DNA of 20,000 nucleotides from an uncultured virus (IMG/VR IMGVR_UViG_3300008120_009089) (taxonomy: Duplodnaviria > Heunggongvirae > Uroviricota > Caudoviricetes), in the IMG/VR virus record IMGVR_UViG_3300008120_009089. One strand, 5' to 3'. The notes beneath the pieces were generated by a model that ran no database searches, had not been told where the DNA came from, and saw only the letters and a program-made list of their open reading frames with translations. Of this stretch, positions 7,763 through 17,214 are shown piece after piece. The position numbers were made by a program, and so were the translations under genes. Every line of letters starts with the position of its first letter. The first letter of the stretch is position 1.

Positions 7763-9643
7763 ATGGCAAAAGACGTAATTATTGGAATTGACTTAGGAAC
7801 AACTAACTCGTGTGTAGCAGTAGTTGAAGGTGGTGAACCAATCGTAATCAGTAATGCTGAAGGTAAAAGAACAACTCCTTCTATTATTTCATTTACAGAA
7901 AATGATAGAAAGATTGGTGATCCAGCAAAAAGACAAGCGGTTACTAACCCTAAAAAAACTATCTACTCAATTAAAAGATTTATTGGTAAAGATTTTAATG
8001 TTTGTAAAGATGAGGTAACTAGAGTACCTTATGAAGTAGTTTCAAACGGAGCTAATGTACCTACTGTTAAAATCGATGATAGAAATTATACTCCACAGGA
8101 GTTATCAGCAATGATTCTTCAAAAGATGAAGAAAACAGCTGAAGATTATTTAGGATATGAAGTGAAAAGAGCGGTTATTACCGTACCAGCTTACTTCGGT
8201 GATGCTGAGAGAACTGCAACTATTGAGGCTGGTGAAATCGCTGGTTTAAAAGTTGAAAGAATTATCAACGAACCTACAGCAGCGGCTTTAGCGTATGGTT
8301 TAGATAAGAAAAACACAGACTCTAAAATTTTAGTATTTGACTGTGGTGGTGGTACTCATGACGTTTCTGTGTTAGAGATTGGTGATGGTGTATTTGAAGT
8401 AAAATCTACTGACGGTGATACTCACTTAGGTGGTGACGACTTTGATAATGCAATTATTACTTGGATGGTTGAAGAATTCAAATCTGAAAACTCTATGGAT
8501 TTATCAAAAGATCCTATGGCTTTACAAAGATTGAAAGATGCGGCTGAAAAAGCTAAAATTGAATTATCTTCTACATCTGAAAGTGAAATTAACTTACCTT
8601 ACATCACAGCTAGAGACGGAATGCCTCTTCACTTTGTTAAGAAATTAACTAAGGCTAAATTTGAACAATTAACTTCATCTTTAGTTGATAGAGCTATCAG
8701 TTGTGCTAAATCAGCTTTGAAAAACGCAGGTTTAAAACCAGCTGATATTGACGAAGTTATCTTAGTAGGTGGTTCTACAAGAATTCCAGCAATTCAAGAT
8801 GCTATTGAAAGTTATATTGGTAAGAAACCAAACAAATCCGTGAACCCTGATGAAGTTGTTGCTTTAGGTGCGGCTATTCAAGGAGCTGTTTTAACCGGTG
8901 GTATTACTGACGTTTTACTTTTAGATGTTACTCCACTTTCTTTAGGTATTGAAACAATGGGTGGTGTGTTTACTAAATTAATTGAAGCAAACACTACTAT
9001 TCCAACTAAGAAAAGTGAAACATTCTCAACAGCATCCGATAATCAACCTTCAGTAGAATTACACGTTTTACAAGGTGAAAGAGCGATGGCTAAAGACAAC
9101 CGAACTTTAGGTCGTTTCCACTTAGATGGTATCATGCCAGCTCCAAGAGGAATTCCTCAAATCGAGGTGACTTTTGATATAGATGCTAATGGTATCTTAT
9201 CTGTACACGCTAAAGATAAGGCAACTGGTAAAGAAAATAAAATCCGTATCGAAGGTGGTTCTCAATTAACTAAAGAAGAAATTGAGAAAATGAAAGCTGA
9301 GGCTGAGGCAAATGCTGAAGCAGATGCTAAAGAAAGAGAGTTAGTTGATAAAATAAACTCAGCAGACTCAATGATTTTCCAAACCGAAAAACAAATTAAA
9401 GAGTTTGATGAAAAATTAACAGCTGATGATAAGAATGCTTTGAACGCTGACCTTGACGAATTGAAGAAAGCTCATTCCGATAAAGATGTTCAAAGAATTG
9501 ATGAATCAATCAGTAAGTTAAACTCGACTTGGAATACAATTTCAACTAAGTTGTATGAACAAAGTCAAACTGAACAAACAACAGAAAATACTTCCAGTGG
9601 TAATGATGGAGTAGATGATGTTGATTTTGAAGAAGTAAAATAA
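7763..9643 (+). CDS. dnaK: Molecular chaperone DnaK (Hsp70)
   Basis: [77 protein letters not shown]-terminal DVDFEEVK. Confidence 0.99.
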   Translation: MAKDVIIGIDLGTTNSCVAVVEGGEPIVISNAEGKRTTPSIISFTENDRKIGDPAKRQAVTNPKKTIYSIKRFIGKDFNVCKDEVTRVPYEVVSNGANVPTVKIDDRNYTPQELSAMILQKMKKTAEDYLGYEVKRAVITVPAYFGDAERTATIEAGEIAGLKVERIINEPTAAALAYGLDKKNTDSKILVFDCGGGTHDVSVLEIGDGVFEVKSTDGDTHLGGDDFDNAIITWMVEEFKSENSMDLSKDPMALQRLKDAAEKAKIELSSTSESEINLPYITARDGMPLHFVKKLTKAKFEQLTSSLVDRAISCAKSALKNAGLKPADIDEVILVGGSTRIPAIQDAIESYIGKKPNKSVNPDEVVALGAAIQGAVLTGGITDVLLLDVTPLSLGIETMGGVFTKLIEANTTIPTKKSETFSTASDNQPSVELHVLQGERAMAKDNRTLGRFHLDGIMPAPRGIPQIEVTFDIDANGILSVHAKDKATGKENKIRIEGGSQLTKEEIEKMKAEAEANAEADAKERELVDKINSADSMIFQTEKQIKEFDEKLTADDKNALNADLDELKKAHSDKDVQRIDESISKLNSTWNTISTKLYEQSQTEQTTENTSSGNDGVDDVDFEEVK

Positions 9644-9646
9644 TTT

Positions 9647-9678
9647 AAAAAAGTCCTTGAGAAATCAAGGACTTTTTT
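9647..9678 (+). terminator. Rho-independent terminator after dnaK
   Basis: AAAAAAGTCCTTGA-GAAA-TCAAGGACTTTTTT perfect hairpin with T run. Confidence 0.9.
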
Positions 9679-9702
9679 ATTATATTTATATAAAATTATT
9701 AT

Positions 9703-10092
9703 ATGGAAACAAGAACCGCTAAATTAGCAGCAACCGCTCTTATCTTTAACGAAGATAAATCTAAACTATTAGGTGTATCAAGAAAAGATGATACAACTAA
9801 ATTTGGATTACCTGGAGGTAAAGTAGATGTTGGTGAAACATTATATGACGCTTTAGTTAGAGAATTAAAAGAAGAAACAGGATTAGATGTAAACTCAGCA
9901 AAACCAATTTTCTTTAGAGAAGATGGTGATTTTGTTGCTGTTGTTTATTTAGTAACTGATTGGTCTGGTGAAGTTTCAACAACCGAAAAGGGAGTTGTTA
10001 AGTGGATTACTTTTGAGGATTTAAAACACGGTGCTTTTTCTGAATATAATACTATGTTAGAAGAACATTTAAGGTTTATCAAACTTTTATAA
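9703..10092 (+). CDS. Nudix hydrolase
   Basis: Nudix box [23 protein letters not shown]. Confidence 0.93.
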   Translation: METRTAKLAATALIFNEDKSKLLGVSRKDDTTKFGLPGGKVDVGETLYDALVRELKEETGLDVNSAKPIFFREDGDFVAVVYLVTDWSGEVSTTEKGVVKWITFEDLKHGAFSEYNTMLEEHLRFIKLL

Positions 10093-10100
10093 TAAAAAAT

Positions 10101-10110
10101 TTAATATATA
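10101..10110 (+). promoter_or_regulatory. TTAATATATA box
   Basis: Exact 10-mer 21 nt before the ATG at 10132. Confidence 0.6.
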
Positions 10111-10131
10111 ATAAAAAATTATTATATTTAC

Positions 10132-10626
10132 ATGAAATACATCAAAAGATTTAAAGTCAACGAAAATATGAGCGGTAAGAAAATTGTTTACGTAGATATG
10201 GACGACACTCTTTGTGATTTTACAGGTCCTTTTAGAAGTGGTCAACAAAATACAGAGGCTTCAGAGGATGAACCAATTAGAAAGTGGCCTCAGTCAAAAG
10301 TTGGTTTTTTCTTAGGTTTACAACCACTACCAGGAGCAATCGAAGGAATGAATACCTTGATGTCTAAGTATGATGTTTGGATTTTAACTAGACCATCTAT
10401 TAAAAACATTCACTGTTATACCGAAAAAGCTGAATGGATTAAGAAATATTTTGGTGAAAAAATGTTAGAGAATATGATTATTTGTCCAAATAAATCCCTT
10501 GTTAAAGGAGACTACTTAATTGATGATGATACAAGACATGGTCAAGTTGAATTTGAAGGAGAACATATTCATTTTGGTAAGGAAAAATTTCCTAATTGGG
10601 ATTCAGTTATAGAATACTTAATGTAA
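10132..10626 (+). CDS. HAD-superfamily 5'(3')-deoxyribonucleotidase (NT5C-like) with N-terminal MKYIKRFKVNE leader
   Basis: YVDMDDTLCDF (DxD), FFLGLQPLPGAIE, EKAEWIKKYFG, KSLVKGDYLIDD, FPNWDSV. Confidence 0.9.
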   Translation: MKYIKRFKVNENMSGKKIVYVDMDDTLCDFTGPFRSGQQNTEASEDEPIRKWPQSKVGFFLGLQPLPGAIEGMNTLMSKYDVWILTRPSIKNIHCYTEKAEWIKKYFGEKMLENMIICPNKSLVKGDYLIDDDTRHGQVEFEGEHIHFGKEKFPNWDSVIEYLM

Positions 10627-10838
10627 TGTTTATTTATTGTATAAATAATCGAGGTTTGGAGAAATATCTAACCATCAATAAAAAATATGAAAATATTGAA
10701 GATTTTGTAGAAATTGATGAAGATTTTAACTGGTATAGAATTATCAATGATAAAAACATATCAGGAACATATGATAAATCAAGATTTGTGACAGTTGATA
10801 AGTGGAGAGAAATTCAATTAAATAAATTATTAAAATAA
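10626..10838 (+). CDS. Small hypothetical protein (70 aa), likely paralog of 18717..18941
   Basis: Start moved to in-frame ATG 10626 (TAATG overlap with the upstream stop): MFIYCINNRGLEKYLTINKKYE...KWREIQLNKLLK. Confidence 0.75.
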   Translation: MFIYCINNRGLEKYLTINKKYENIEDFVEIDEDFNWYRIINDKNISGTYDKSRFVTVDKWREIQLNKLLK

Positions 10839-10870
10839 AAAAACCCAACTTTTTCAAGTTGGGTTTTTTT
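10837..10870. terminator. Bidirectional intrinsic terminator
   Basis: AAAAAAACCCAACTT-TTTC-AAGTTGGGTTTTTTT between convergent genes. Confidence 0.9.
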
Positions 10871-10876
10871 CATTTA

Positions 10877-12211
10877 TTACCATTCATCATCATCATCATC
10901 TCCATCGCCATAAGAATCATCTTCACCATATCCTTCCCACGTACCATCAGTATGTTGACAATATCTAATTCTATCTTCATTTAAACCTTCAATATCGCTA
11001 TCGTTAGCAGCTTTATTATTTTCAACATCAATACAATACATAGTATCCATATAAGGATACATATCAAACTCAGCTCTATCTAAATCACAAACAATATCTG
11101 GTCTAGTAATCGTTCTTGATCCATTAGAAATATCTCTACCCCCGTATCCTTGATTTGTTTTATAAAAGAATCCTTCTTTTTCAGCGAATTGTTTGAATAA
11201 TTCCGTATCACTTTCATAAGCTGTGTAAATTCTATCCATAAAATCTACTTTTTCACCATTGACAGTACAGTTTCTCCAAAGAATTGCTCTACCTTTAATT
11301 TTATTAGATTGATAAACACCATCAACAACTTCACCTTCATCCGAATAAAGTATAACTAATTCAACATTTTCATTATCACAATAAATTGCTAACTTTGTTC
11401 TACTAGCACTTTTCATACAAGAATTATTTAATGAACCACCACCACTTACATATCTCAAACCATTATACCAGTGATAAATTTGATCACCTTTAACAATTGA
11501 GAATTGTCTTAAAGCATCTGCTGCAAAGTCAAATGTTGCTGTAAATTGTTCAACAAATTGAGATAACTCATGATCTGTAAACTCTATTTTACCAGCAGTT
11601 AAAATAGCTCTCGCCATTCTACCAATTCTCAATGGGTTTCTAGCTGTTGTCCAAATACCATCTAATTCAGGTGCGAATAACTCTAATCCTTCTTTGTTAA
11701 TAACAGATACTCTTGGATTTTCTTTATCAGAACCATCTCTGTTAGTTTCTTCAACTTTACAATAAACTTTACCTGAACTTTTTGAAGTTGTTTCGGTTAC
11801 AATTTTCATAACTTCTCCAACACCAACAGACCATCTATCACCAGTACCACCCGGCCATGGCTCAGCTTTATTATATTCTAATCTCCCGAAGATTGCATCA
11901 TTTGAGTCACTATGAGTTAAACATTTATTACCTTGGATACATTTCCAAACTACTGGTCTAGCAGCTAATAATTGTTGAACTCTTCTGTCTGGTGTGAAAG
12001 AGAAAGTTTCTCTATCAGTCACATCAATATAGTTTTGTGTAATACCATCAACATCAACTTTATTTAATTTCAATAACTCTTGAGCAATTCTATTACGAGT
12101 CATTCTTTTTAACAAATTAACTAATTTAGGTGAAAAAATCAACACAGATTCGTTGATTAAATCAAAAACTTGTTTCTCTGTTAAGTATTCATTATATCTT
12201 AAAATACTCAT
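10877..12211 (-). CDS. Hypothetical protein (444 aa) with enzyme-like C-terminal domain and acidic tail
   Basis: Long ORF; motifs SLNNSCM, KGRAILW, FMDRIY, YPYMDT; N-terminal MSILRYNEYLTE leader. Confidence 0.8.
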   Translation of the reverse strand: MSILRYNEYLTEKQVFDLINESVLIFSPKLVNLLKRMTRNRIAQELLKLNKVDVDGITQNYIDVTDRETFSFTPDRRVQQLLAARPVVWKCIQGNKCLTHSDSNDAIFGRLEYNKAEPWPGGTGDRWSVGVGEVMKIVTETTSKSSGKVYCKVEETNRDGSDKENPRVSVINKEGLELFAPELDGIWTTARNPLRIGRMARAILTAGKIEFTDHELSQFVEQFTATFDFAADALRQFSIVKGDQIYHWYNGLRYVSGGGSLNNSCMKSASRTKLAIYCDNENVELVILYSDEGEVVDGVYQSNKIKGRAILWRNCTVNGEKVDFMDRIYTAYESDTELFKQFAEKEGFFYKTNQGYGGRDISNGSRTITRPDIVCDLDRAEFDMYPYMDTMYCIDVENNKAANDSDIEGLNEDRIRYCQHTDGTWEGYGEDDSYGDGDDDDDEW

Positions 12212-12233
12212 CCTTAAAAATTTCTTTTTTTTG

Positions 12234-12243
12234 TATATATTAA
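12234..12243 (-). promoter_or_regulatory. TTAATATATA box
   Basis: Exact 10-mer 22 nt before the ATG at 12211. Confidence 0.6.
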
Positions 12244-12277
12244 TTTTTTATCATGAAAAAATAAAAATATATACATT

Positions 12278-12517
12278 ATGAAAAGAAAAGTGGCTAAAAT
12301 AATAGAAATATTGGGTATAGGTCTAACAGAAATTGTTATTGACTTAGATACTAGTTTAGGTACTTTTAATTCAATAGAGTGGTCTAAATCAGAGAATAAA
12401 GTTTGGCTTCATATGTTTCATGAAGATGATATACAAATATCATTTGATTTTGATGATCTAGACAAAATAGACAAATCTATGGTTTATACATTATTAGCTT
12501 CTATAGCTTATAATTAA
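12278..12517 (+). CDS. Small hypothetical protein
   Basis: 79 aa ORF, AAAATATATA variant box just upstream; stop overlaps the convergent gene's stop. Confidence 0.7.
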   Translation: MKRKVAKIIEILGIGLTEIVIDLDTSLGTFNSIEWSKSENKVWLHMFHEDDIQISFDFDDLDKIDKSMVYTLLASIAYN

Positions 12518-13017
12518 ATTCCTCTATTACCTCTTTCTTTTTCTAAATAAGCTTTAACATCTTCCCAAGTTACTCCACCAGGATTACTAGTTAATTTATC
12601 AGCATTACCTTTTGGTTTTTCTTCTTGTTTTTTTAGTTCGTTATTTTTAACTAACTCTTCATATTTCTCATCAATATCTTTAATAATAGATCCTAAATAA
12701 GCGTCAATTCCTTTTTGGTTAAGAATACTCTTATCAAAATCAACTACAAACTCTTCGAAAGTATCACCATAATAAATACCCATAACCGGTTCCATAATAT
12801 AATGATCTGTGTAAAATCTTATATTTCCAATTCGACCTTGCGCGTAAATAGTTGTTTTATAATTACCATTATAAGATTGAGAAAATCGATCTTGATCATT
12901 AAAAACTCTTTGACCATTTTTTTCAACGGTTGGTACAAAACCTAAATTAACTTGAAAGTATTTAGATCTTTTTATCTCTTGTAAGATTGTAAAGTTTGTT
13001 ACTATATTTATTTCCAT
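12514..13017 (-). CDS. Hypothetical protein
   Basis: 167 aa ORF, no recognised domain. Confidence 0.8.
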   Translation of the reverse strand: MEINIVTNFTILQEIKRSKYFQVNLGFVPTVEKNGQRVFNDQDRFSQSYNGNYKTTIYAQGRIGNIRFYTDHYIMEPVMGIYYGDTFEEFVVDFDKSILNQKGIDAYLGSIIKDIDEKYEELVKNNELKKQEEKPKGNADKLTSNPGGVTWEDVKAYLEKERGNRGI

Positions 13018-13051
13018 GAATTATTTATTTAAAAATAAAATTTCCCTAAAC

Positions 13052-13077
13052 AAAAAAATCACCATTTAGGTGATTTT
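13052..13077 (-). terminator. Intrinsic terminator after ORF 13080..13772
   Basis: AAAATCACC-ATTTA-GGTGATTTT hairpin with a 7-T run on the minus strand. Confidence 0.7.
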
Positions 13078-13079
13078 AT

Positions 13080-13772
13080 TTATTCTGTTTCGTATTCTAA
13101 TCCTTTATTTTCTCCATACTTATCATCAAAATCTGATTTTAAGAATTCTAAAAATTCAAGTAATGACATTTTTTCACTTTCTGGTGTTTCTTCTTGAGTA
13201 GGAGCTTCTTGTTGATTTTGACCTTGAGCAGGAGCTTGAGCGGCAGGCTTTTTATTTAGACTTAATTTAAACTCACCATCTTCCTTTTCTATATTAACAT
13301 TATGTGTTGTTTGACCAATTAAATCAATTTCATCTACACCATATTTCTTAAACTTAACATACATTTTTGTTATATCATCACTTGAAAAATCAGCATTTGG
13401 ATCTTTTGGTATACCATCTTTTATATTAATAGAAATATAAAGATTATAAACACCATCACCATCAGAGTATTTAACTGTTAATGAATCGTCTGTTTGTGAA
13501 TAAACTGATATTTCAGAACTATGTAGTTTAACTCCTTGTTCTGAAAGGCTAACAACACGTTTCTTACTTTTTTTATTTGAATTTTCTTTAGCTTGATTAA
13601 TTGATATATTCTCTTCTTCTGTTTCATCAACATTATCTTCATTAAATAAATCATCAACAGCTTTTTTTAACTCCATTAATTTACCTTTGATGTAAGTTTC
13701 AGGTGTATCGTTTGCTTCATTAATTTTGTTTTCATTAACAAAATCAGAATATCTTAATATTTTACTTTTCAT
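13080..13772 (-). CDS. Acidic hypothetical protein with MKSKILRYSDFVNE leader
   Basis: 230 aa ORF, low-complexity AQAPAQGQNQQE linker; TTAATATATA box at 13777-13786. Confidence 0.8.
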   Translation of the reverse strand: MKSKILRYSDFVNENKINEANDTPETYIKGKLMELKKAVDDLFNEDNVDETEEENISINQAKENSNKKSKKRVVSLSEQGVKLHSSEISVYSQTDDSLTVKYSDGDGVYNLYISINIKDGIPKDPNADFSSDDITKMYVKFKKYGVDEIDLIGQTTHNVNIEKEDGEFKLSLNKKPAAQAPAQGQNQQEAPTQEETPESEKMSLLEFLEFLKSDFDDKYGENKGLEYETE

Positions 13773-13776
13773 ACTT

Positions 13777-13786
13777 TATATATTAA
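13777..13786 (-). promoter_or_regulatory. TTAATATATA box
   Basis: Exact 10-mer 4 nt before the ATG at 13772. Confidence 0.6.
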
Positions 13787-13843
13787 TTTTTTATTCCCAA
13801 AAATAGATAGAAAGACAATTAATTCAATATATATGGTATATAC

Positions 13844-13872
13844 TAAACTTAGACTGTAAGTTATTGTATAAT
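13844..13872 (+). promoter_or_regulatory. Putative promoter TAAACT-N17-TATAAT for prkA
   Basis: TAAACT TAGACTGTAAGTTATTG TATAAT, 29 nt before the ATG at 13902. Confidence 0.6.
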
Positions 13873-13901
13873 AAAAAAAGACAAAAATAAATCTTAAATA
13901 T

Positions 13902-15821
13902 ATGAGTTTATTAAGCACGATAAAAAAAGACTTTACCCAAGGTGATAAAGATATTTCTTTACAGGAATTTTTAGAACTTTGTAAAAAGGATAAAGTTTAT
14001 TCTTCACCAGCTGAGAGAATGTTACAAGCTATTGGTGAACCAGAAGTAGTTGATACTAAGCTAGATGAAAGACTTAGTAGAATTTACTCTAACAAATTAA
14101 TTAAAAGATATCCAGCATTCTCGGAATTCTTTGGAATGGAAGATACTATTGAACAAATTGTTTCTTTCTTTAGACACGCAGCTCAAGGATTAGAAGAAAA
14201 GAAACAAATTCTTTACCTTTTAGGACCAGTTGGTGGTGGTAAATCTTCTTTAGCAGAAAGATTAAAACAACTAATGGAAAAAAGTCATATTTATGTGCTT
14301 GTTGCTGACGGTGAAGTTTCACCGGTATTTGAGAACCCACTTGGATTATTTTCTTCTTATAGAGAAGAATTAGAAAAGGAATATGGTATTCCAAAAAGAT
14401 ATATTCCTTCTTGTGCTTCTCCATGGGCTACTAAAAGATTAGCTGAGTTTGATGGTGATGTAACTAAGTTCTCAGTTAGAAAATTAAAAATGTCTATCGC
14501 ATCTCAAGTAGGTATCGCTAAAACTGAACCAGGTGATGAAAACAACCAAGATATCTCAGCTTTAGTTGGTAAAGTAGATATCCGTAAATTGGCTGAGTTT
14601 CCACAAAATGATGCTGATGCTTATAACTACTCTGGTGCTCTTTGTAGAGCTAATCAAGGTATGATGGAATTCGTAGAGATGTTTAAAGCTCCTATCAAAG
14701 TTTTACACCCACTATTAACTGCTACTCAAGAAGGTAACTTTAATGGTACTGAAAACTTACCAGCTATTCCGTTCCAAGGGATTATTTTAGCTCACTCAAA
14801 TGAGTCTGAATGGGAAACATTCTCAAACGATAAAAAGAACGAAGCTTTCTTAGACCGTGTTTACATTGTAAGAGTTCCTTATTGTTTAAGAGTTGATGAA
14901 GAAGTTGAAATCTATGAAAAACTTTTAAAACATTCTTCTTTATCTGAAGCACCTTGTGCACCACAAACTTTAGACTTGTTGGCTAAGTTTTGTGTTATGA
15001 CAAGATTAAAACACCCTGAGAACTCAAATTTATACTCTAAAATGAGAGTTTATAATGGTGAATCTTTAAAAGAATCTGATCCTAAAGCAAAATCTTTACA
15101 AGAATATAAAGATGACGCGGGTATCACAGAAGGTATGAATGGTATTTCTACTCGTTTCGCTTTTAAAGTTCTTTCTAAAGTATTTAATCACGACACTGAA
15201 GAAGTTGCTGCTAACCCAGTACACCTTTTCTATGTGTTAGAAAATGAAATTGTTAAATTACAATTACCAAAAGAAACTGAAGAATACTACTTAAATATCT
15301 TAAAGTCTAAAATCAGTACAAAATATGCTGAGTTTATTGGTGATGAAATTCAAAAAGCTTATGTAGATTCTTATCAAGAATATGGACAAAACTTATTTGA
15401 AAGATATATCACTTATGCTGACCACTGGTGTCAAGATAATGACTTTAGAGATCCAGAAACAGGACAACAATTTGATAGAGCTGCTCTTAACGAAGAGTTA
15501 GAGAAAATTGAAAAACCAGCTGGTATCGCTAATCCAAAAGATTTCAGAAATGATGTTGTACAATTCTATTTAAGACATAGAGCTAAGAATGGTGAATCAC
15601 CAACTTGGGATTCTTATGAGAAAATTAGAAGTGTGATTGAAAAGAGAATTTTTTCTAAAACTGAAGATATCATTCCAGTTATTTCTTTCACTTCTAAAGC
15701 TTCTAAAGACGAAGAAAAGAAACATTCAGAATTCATCAATAGAATGAAGGATAGAGGATACACTAACAAACAGATTAAGTTATTAACTGACTGGTATCTA
15801 AGAGTTAGAAAATCAAATTAA
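13902..15821 (+). CDS. prkA: PrkA/YeaG family AAA+ serine protein kinase
   Basis: AAQGLEEKKQILYLLGPVGGGKSSLAERLK (Walker A), KTEPGDENNQDISALVGKVDIRKL, ANQGMMEFVEMFKAPIKVLHPLLTATQEGN, C-terminal WYLRVRKS. Confidence 0.97.
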   Translation: MSLLSTIKKDFTQGDKDISLQEFLELCKKDKVYSSPAERMLQAIGEPEVVDTKLDERLSRIYSNKLIKRYPAFSEFFGMEDTIEQIVSFFRHAAQGLEEKKQILYLLGPVGGGKSSLAERLKQLMEKSHIYVLVADGEVSPVFENPLGLFSSYREELEKEYGIPKRYIPSCASPWATKRLAEFDGDVTKFSVRKLKMSIASQVGIAKTEPGDENNQDISALVGKVDIRKLAEFPQNDADAYNYSGALCRANQGMMEFVEMFKAPIKVLHPLLTATQEGNFNGTENLPAIPFQGIILAHSNESEWETFSNDKKNEAFLDRVYIVRVPYCLRVDEEVEIYEKLLKHSSLSEAPCAPQTLDLLAKFCVMTRLKHPENSNLYSKMRVYNGESLKESDPKAKSLQEYKDDAGITEGMNGISTRFAFKVLSKVFNHDTEEVAANPVHLFYVLENEIVKLQLPKETEEYYLNILKSKISTKYAEFIGDEIQKAYVDSYQEYGQNLFERYITYADHWCQDNDFRDPETGQQFDRAALNEELEKIEKPAGIANPKDFRNDVVQFYLRHRAKNGESPTWDSYEKIRSVIEKRIFSKTEDIIPVISFTSKASKDEEKKHSEFINRMKDRGYTNKQIKLLTDWYLRVRKSN

Positions 15822-15822
15822 T

Positions 15823-15848
15823 AAAAAGGGAGTTTATCTCCCTTTTTT
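15823..15848 (+). terminator. Intrinsic terminator after prkA
   Basis: AAAAAGGGAG-TTTAT-CTCCCTTTTTT. Confidence 0.85.
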
Positions 15849-15948
15849 AAAATATAATAATATGATATGCCACTTCCTCATTATGCTTATAACTATAATA
15901 GATATTTAGTTATGAATCGTAGAAGAAAAATTAAAAAAATTTATAAAG

Positions 15949-17214
15949 ATGTCAATAAATATAGTAGATCGAAGAAAGAGTCCTAAGGGAAAATCTTCGG
16001 AAAATAGACAAAGATTATTAAAAAGAATTGAAGGTCAAATTAAAAAGGCTCTTCCTGACATCGTTAAGAATACCAATGTTAAAGATTTGACATCTTCAAA
16101 AGAAAGAGTTAATATCCCAGTCAAAGGCATTAATGAACCACAATTCACTTATGATAAAGATACTGGTGATAAAAAACATGTACATCCTGGTAACAAAGAA
16201 TATTCAGAAGGTGATTTAATAAAAAAACCAAAAAGTGGTCAAGGTAAAGGTAGTGGTCAAGGTAAAGGATCAAATGATCCAAATGCTACAGAAGATGACT
16301 TTACTGTATCAATAAGTCGAGAAGAATTCTTAGATTACTTTTTCAATGATCTAGAATTACCAGATATGGTTAAAAAACATTTAAACTCTATTGTTGATTT
16401 TAAACAAAAAAGAGCTGGTTATTCTAACTATGGTAATCCAAGTAGATTAAATATAACTCGTTCATATAAAAACTCAATGGCTCGTAGGATGGCTGTTGGT
16501 ATGTTTTTCGATAAAAAGATTAAAGAAATTGAAGAAAAATTAAAGTCTGATTTATTAGATGATGAGAGAAATGAATTACTTAAAGAATTAGATAAGCTAA
16601 AAAAGATGAAGTTATCAGTTTCTTTTATGGAGGAAGTTGATTTACAATATAATAACTTTGAGAAAGTTGCTATACCAGTTACTTCAGCTGTTATGTTTTG
16701 TGTAATGGACGTTTCTGGTTCAATGGGTGAGAAAGAGAAAGATATAGCTAAAAGATTTTTTATGTTATTATATATGTTTCTTACAAAACAATATGAGAAA
16801 ATTGAGATTGTCTTTATAAGACACCATACTTCAGCAAAAGAAGTTACTGAGGATGAATTCTTTAACTCTAAAGAAAGTGGTGGTACCGTTGTGGTAACTG
16901 CTTTAGAATTGATGGCAAAAATCATTAGAGAAAGATATAATGAAAACTGGAACATATACGCCGCTCAAGCCTCTGATGGTGATGTTTGGGATAAGGCAGA
17001 TGCTAGTGATTGTTATAAAATATTAGACGTTGATATATTAAACAAAGTTCAGTATATGACATATATCGAAATATGTAGAAGTGTAGATGGTGATCTTTGG
17101 AACAACTATAAGGTTTTATCTGATAAAAGAAAGAACTTTGAGATAGGTAAGATTAATGAAGTAAGTGAAATTTGGAAAGTATTCCAAGATTTCTTTAAAA
17201 AGAAAACAGCATGA
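15949..17214 (+). CDS. yeaH: YeaH/YhbH family protein (DUF444, vWA-like)
   Basis: IVDRRKSPKGKSSENRQR, VHPGNKEY, DLELPDM, AVMFCVMDVSGSM, VFIRHHTSAKEV, ESGGTVV, WNIYAAQASDGD; directly after prkA. Confidence 0.95.
   Translation: MSINIVDRRKSPKGKSSENRQRLLKRIEGQIKKALPDIVKNTNVKDLTSSKERVNIPVKGINEPQFTYDKDTGDKKHVHPGNKEYSEGDLIKKPKSGQGKGSGQGKGSNDPNATEDDFTVSISREEFLDYFFNDLELPDMVKKHLNSIVDFKQKRAGYSNYGNPSRLNITRSYKNSMARRMAVGMFFDKKIKEIEEKLKSDLLDDERNELLKELDKLKKMKLSVSFMEEVDLQYNNFEKVAIPVTSAVMFCVMDVSGSMGEKEKDIAKRFFMLLYMFLTKQYEKIEIVFIRHHTSAKEVTEDEFFNSKESGGTVVVTALELMAKIIRERYNENWNIYAAQASDGDVWDKADASDCYKILDVDILNKVQYMTYIEICRSVDGDLWNNYKVLSDKRKNFEIGKINEVSEIWKVFQDFFKKKTA

Noticed and set aside
10596..10625. Track start for ORF 10596..10838
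   Set aside because: Overlaps the nucleotidase by 31 nt; ATG 10626 gives a TAATG coupling and matches the paralog's N-terminus
16234..16268. Tandem AGTGGTCAAGGTAAAGG duplication
   Set aside because: In-frame SGQGKG repeat in the Gly-rich linker typical of YeaH
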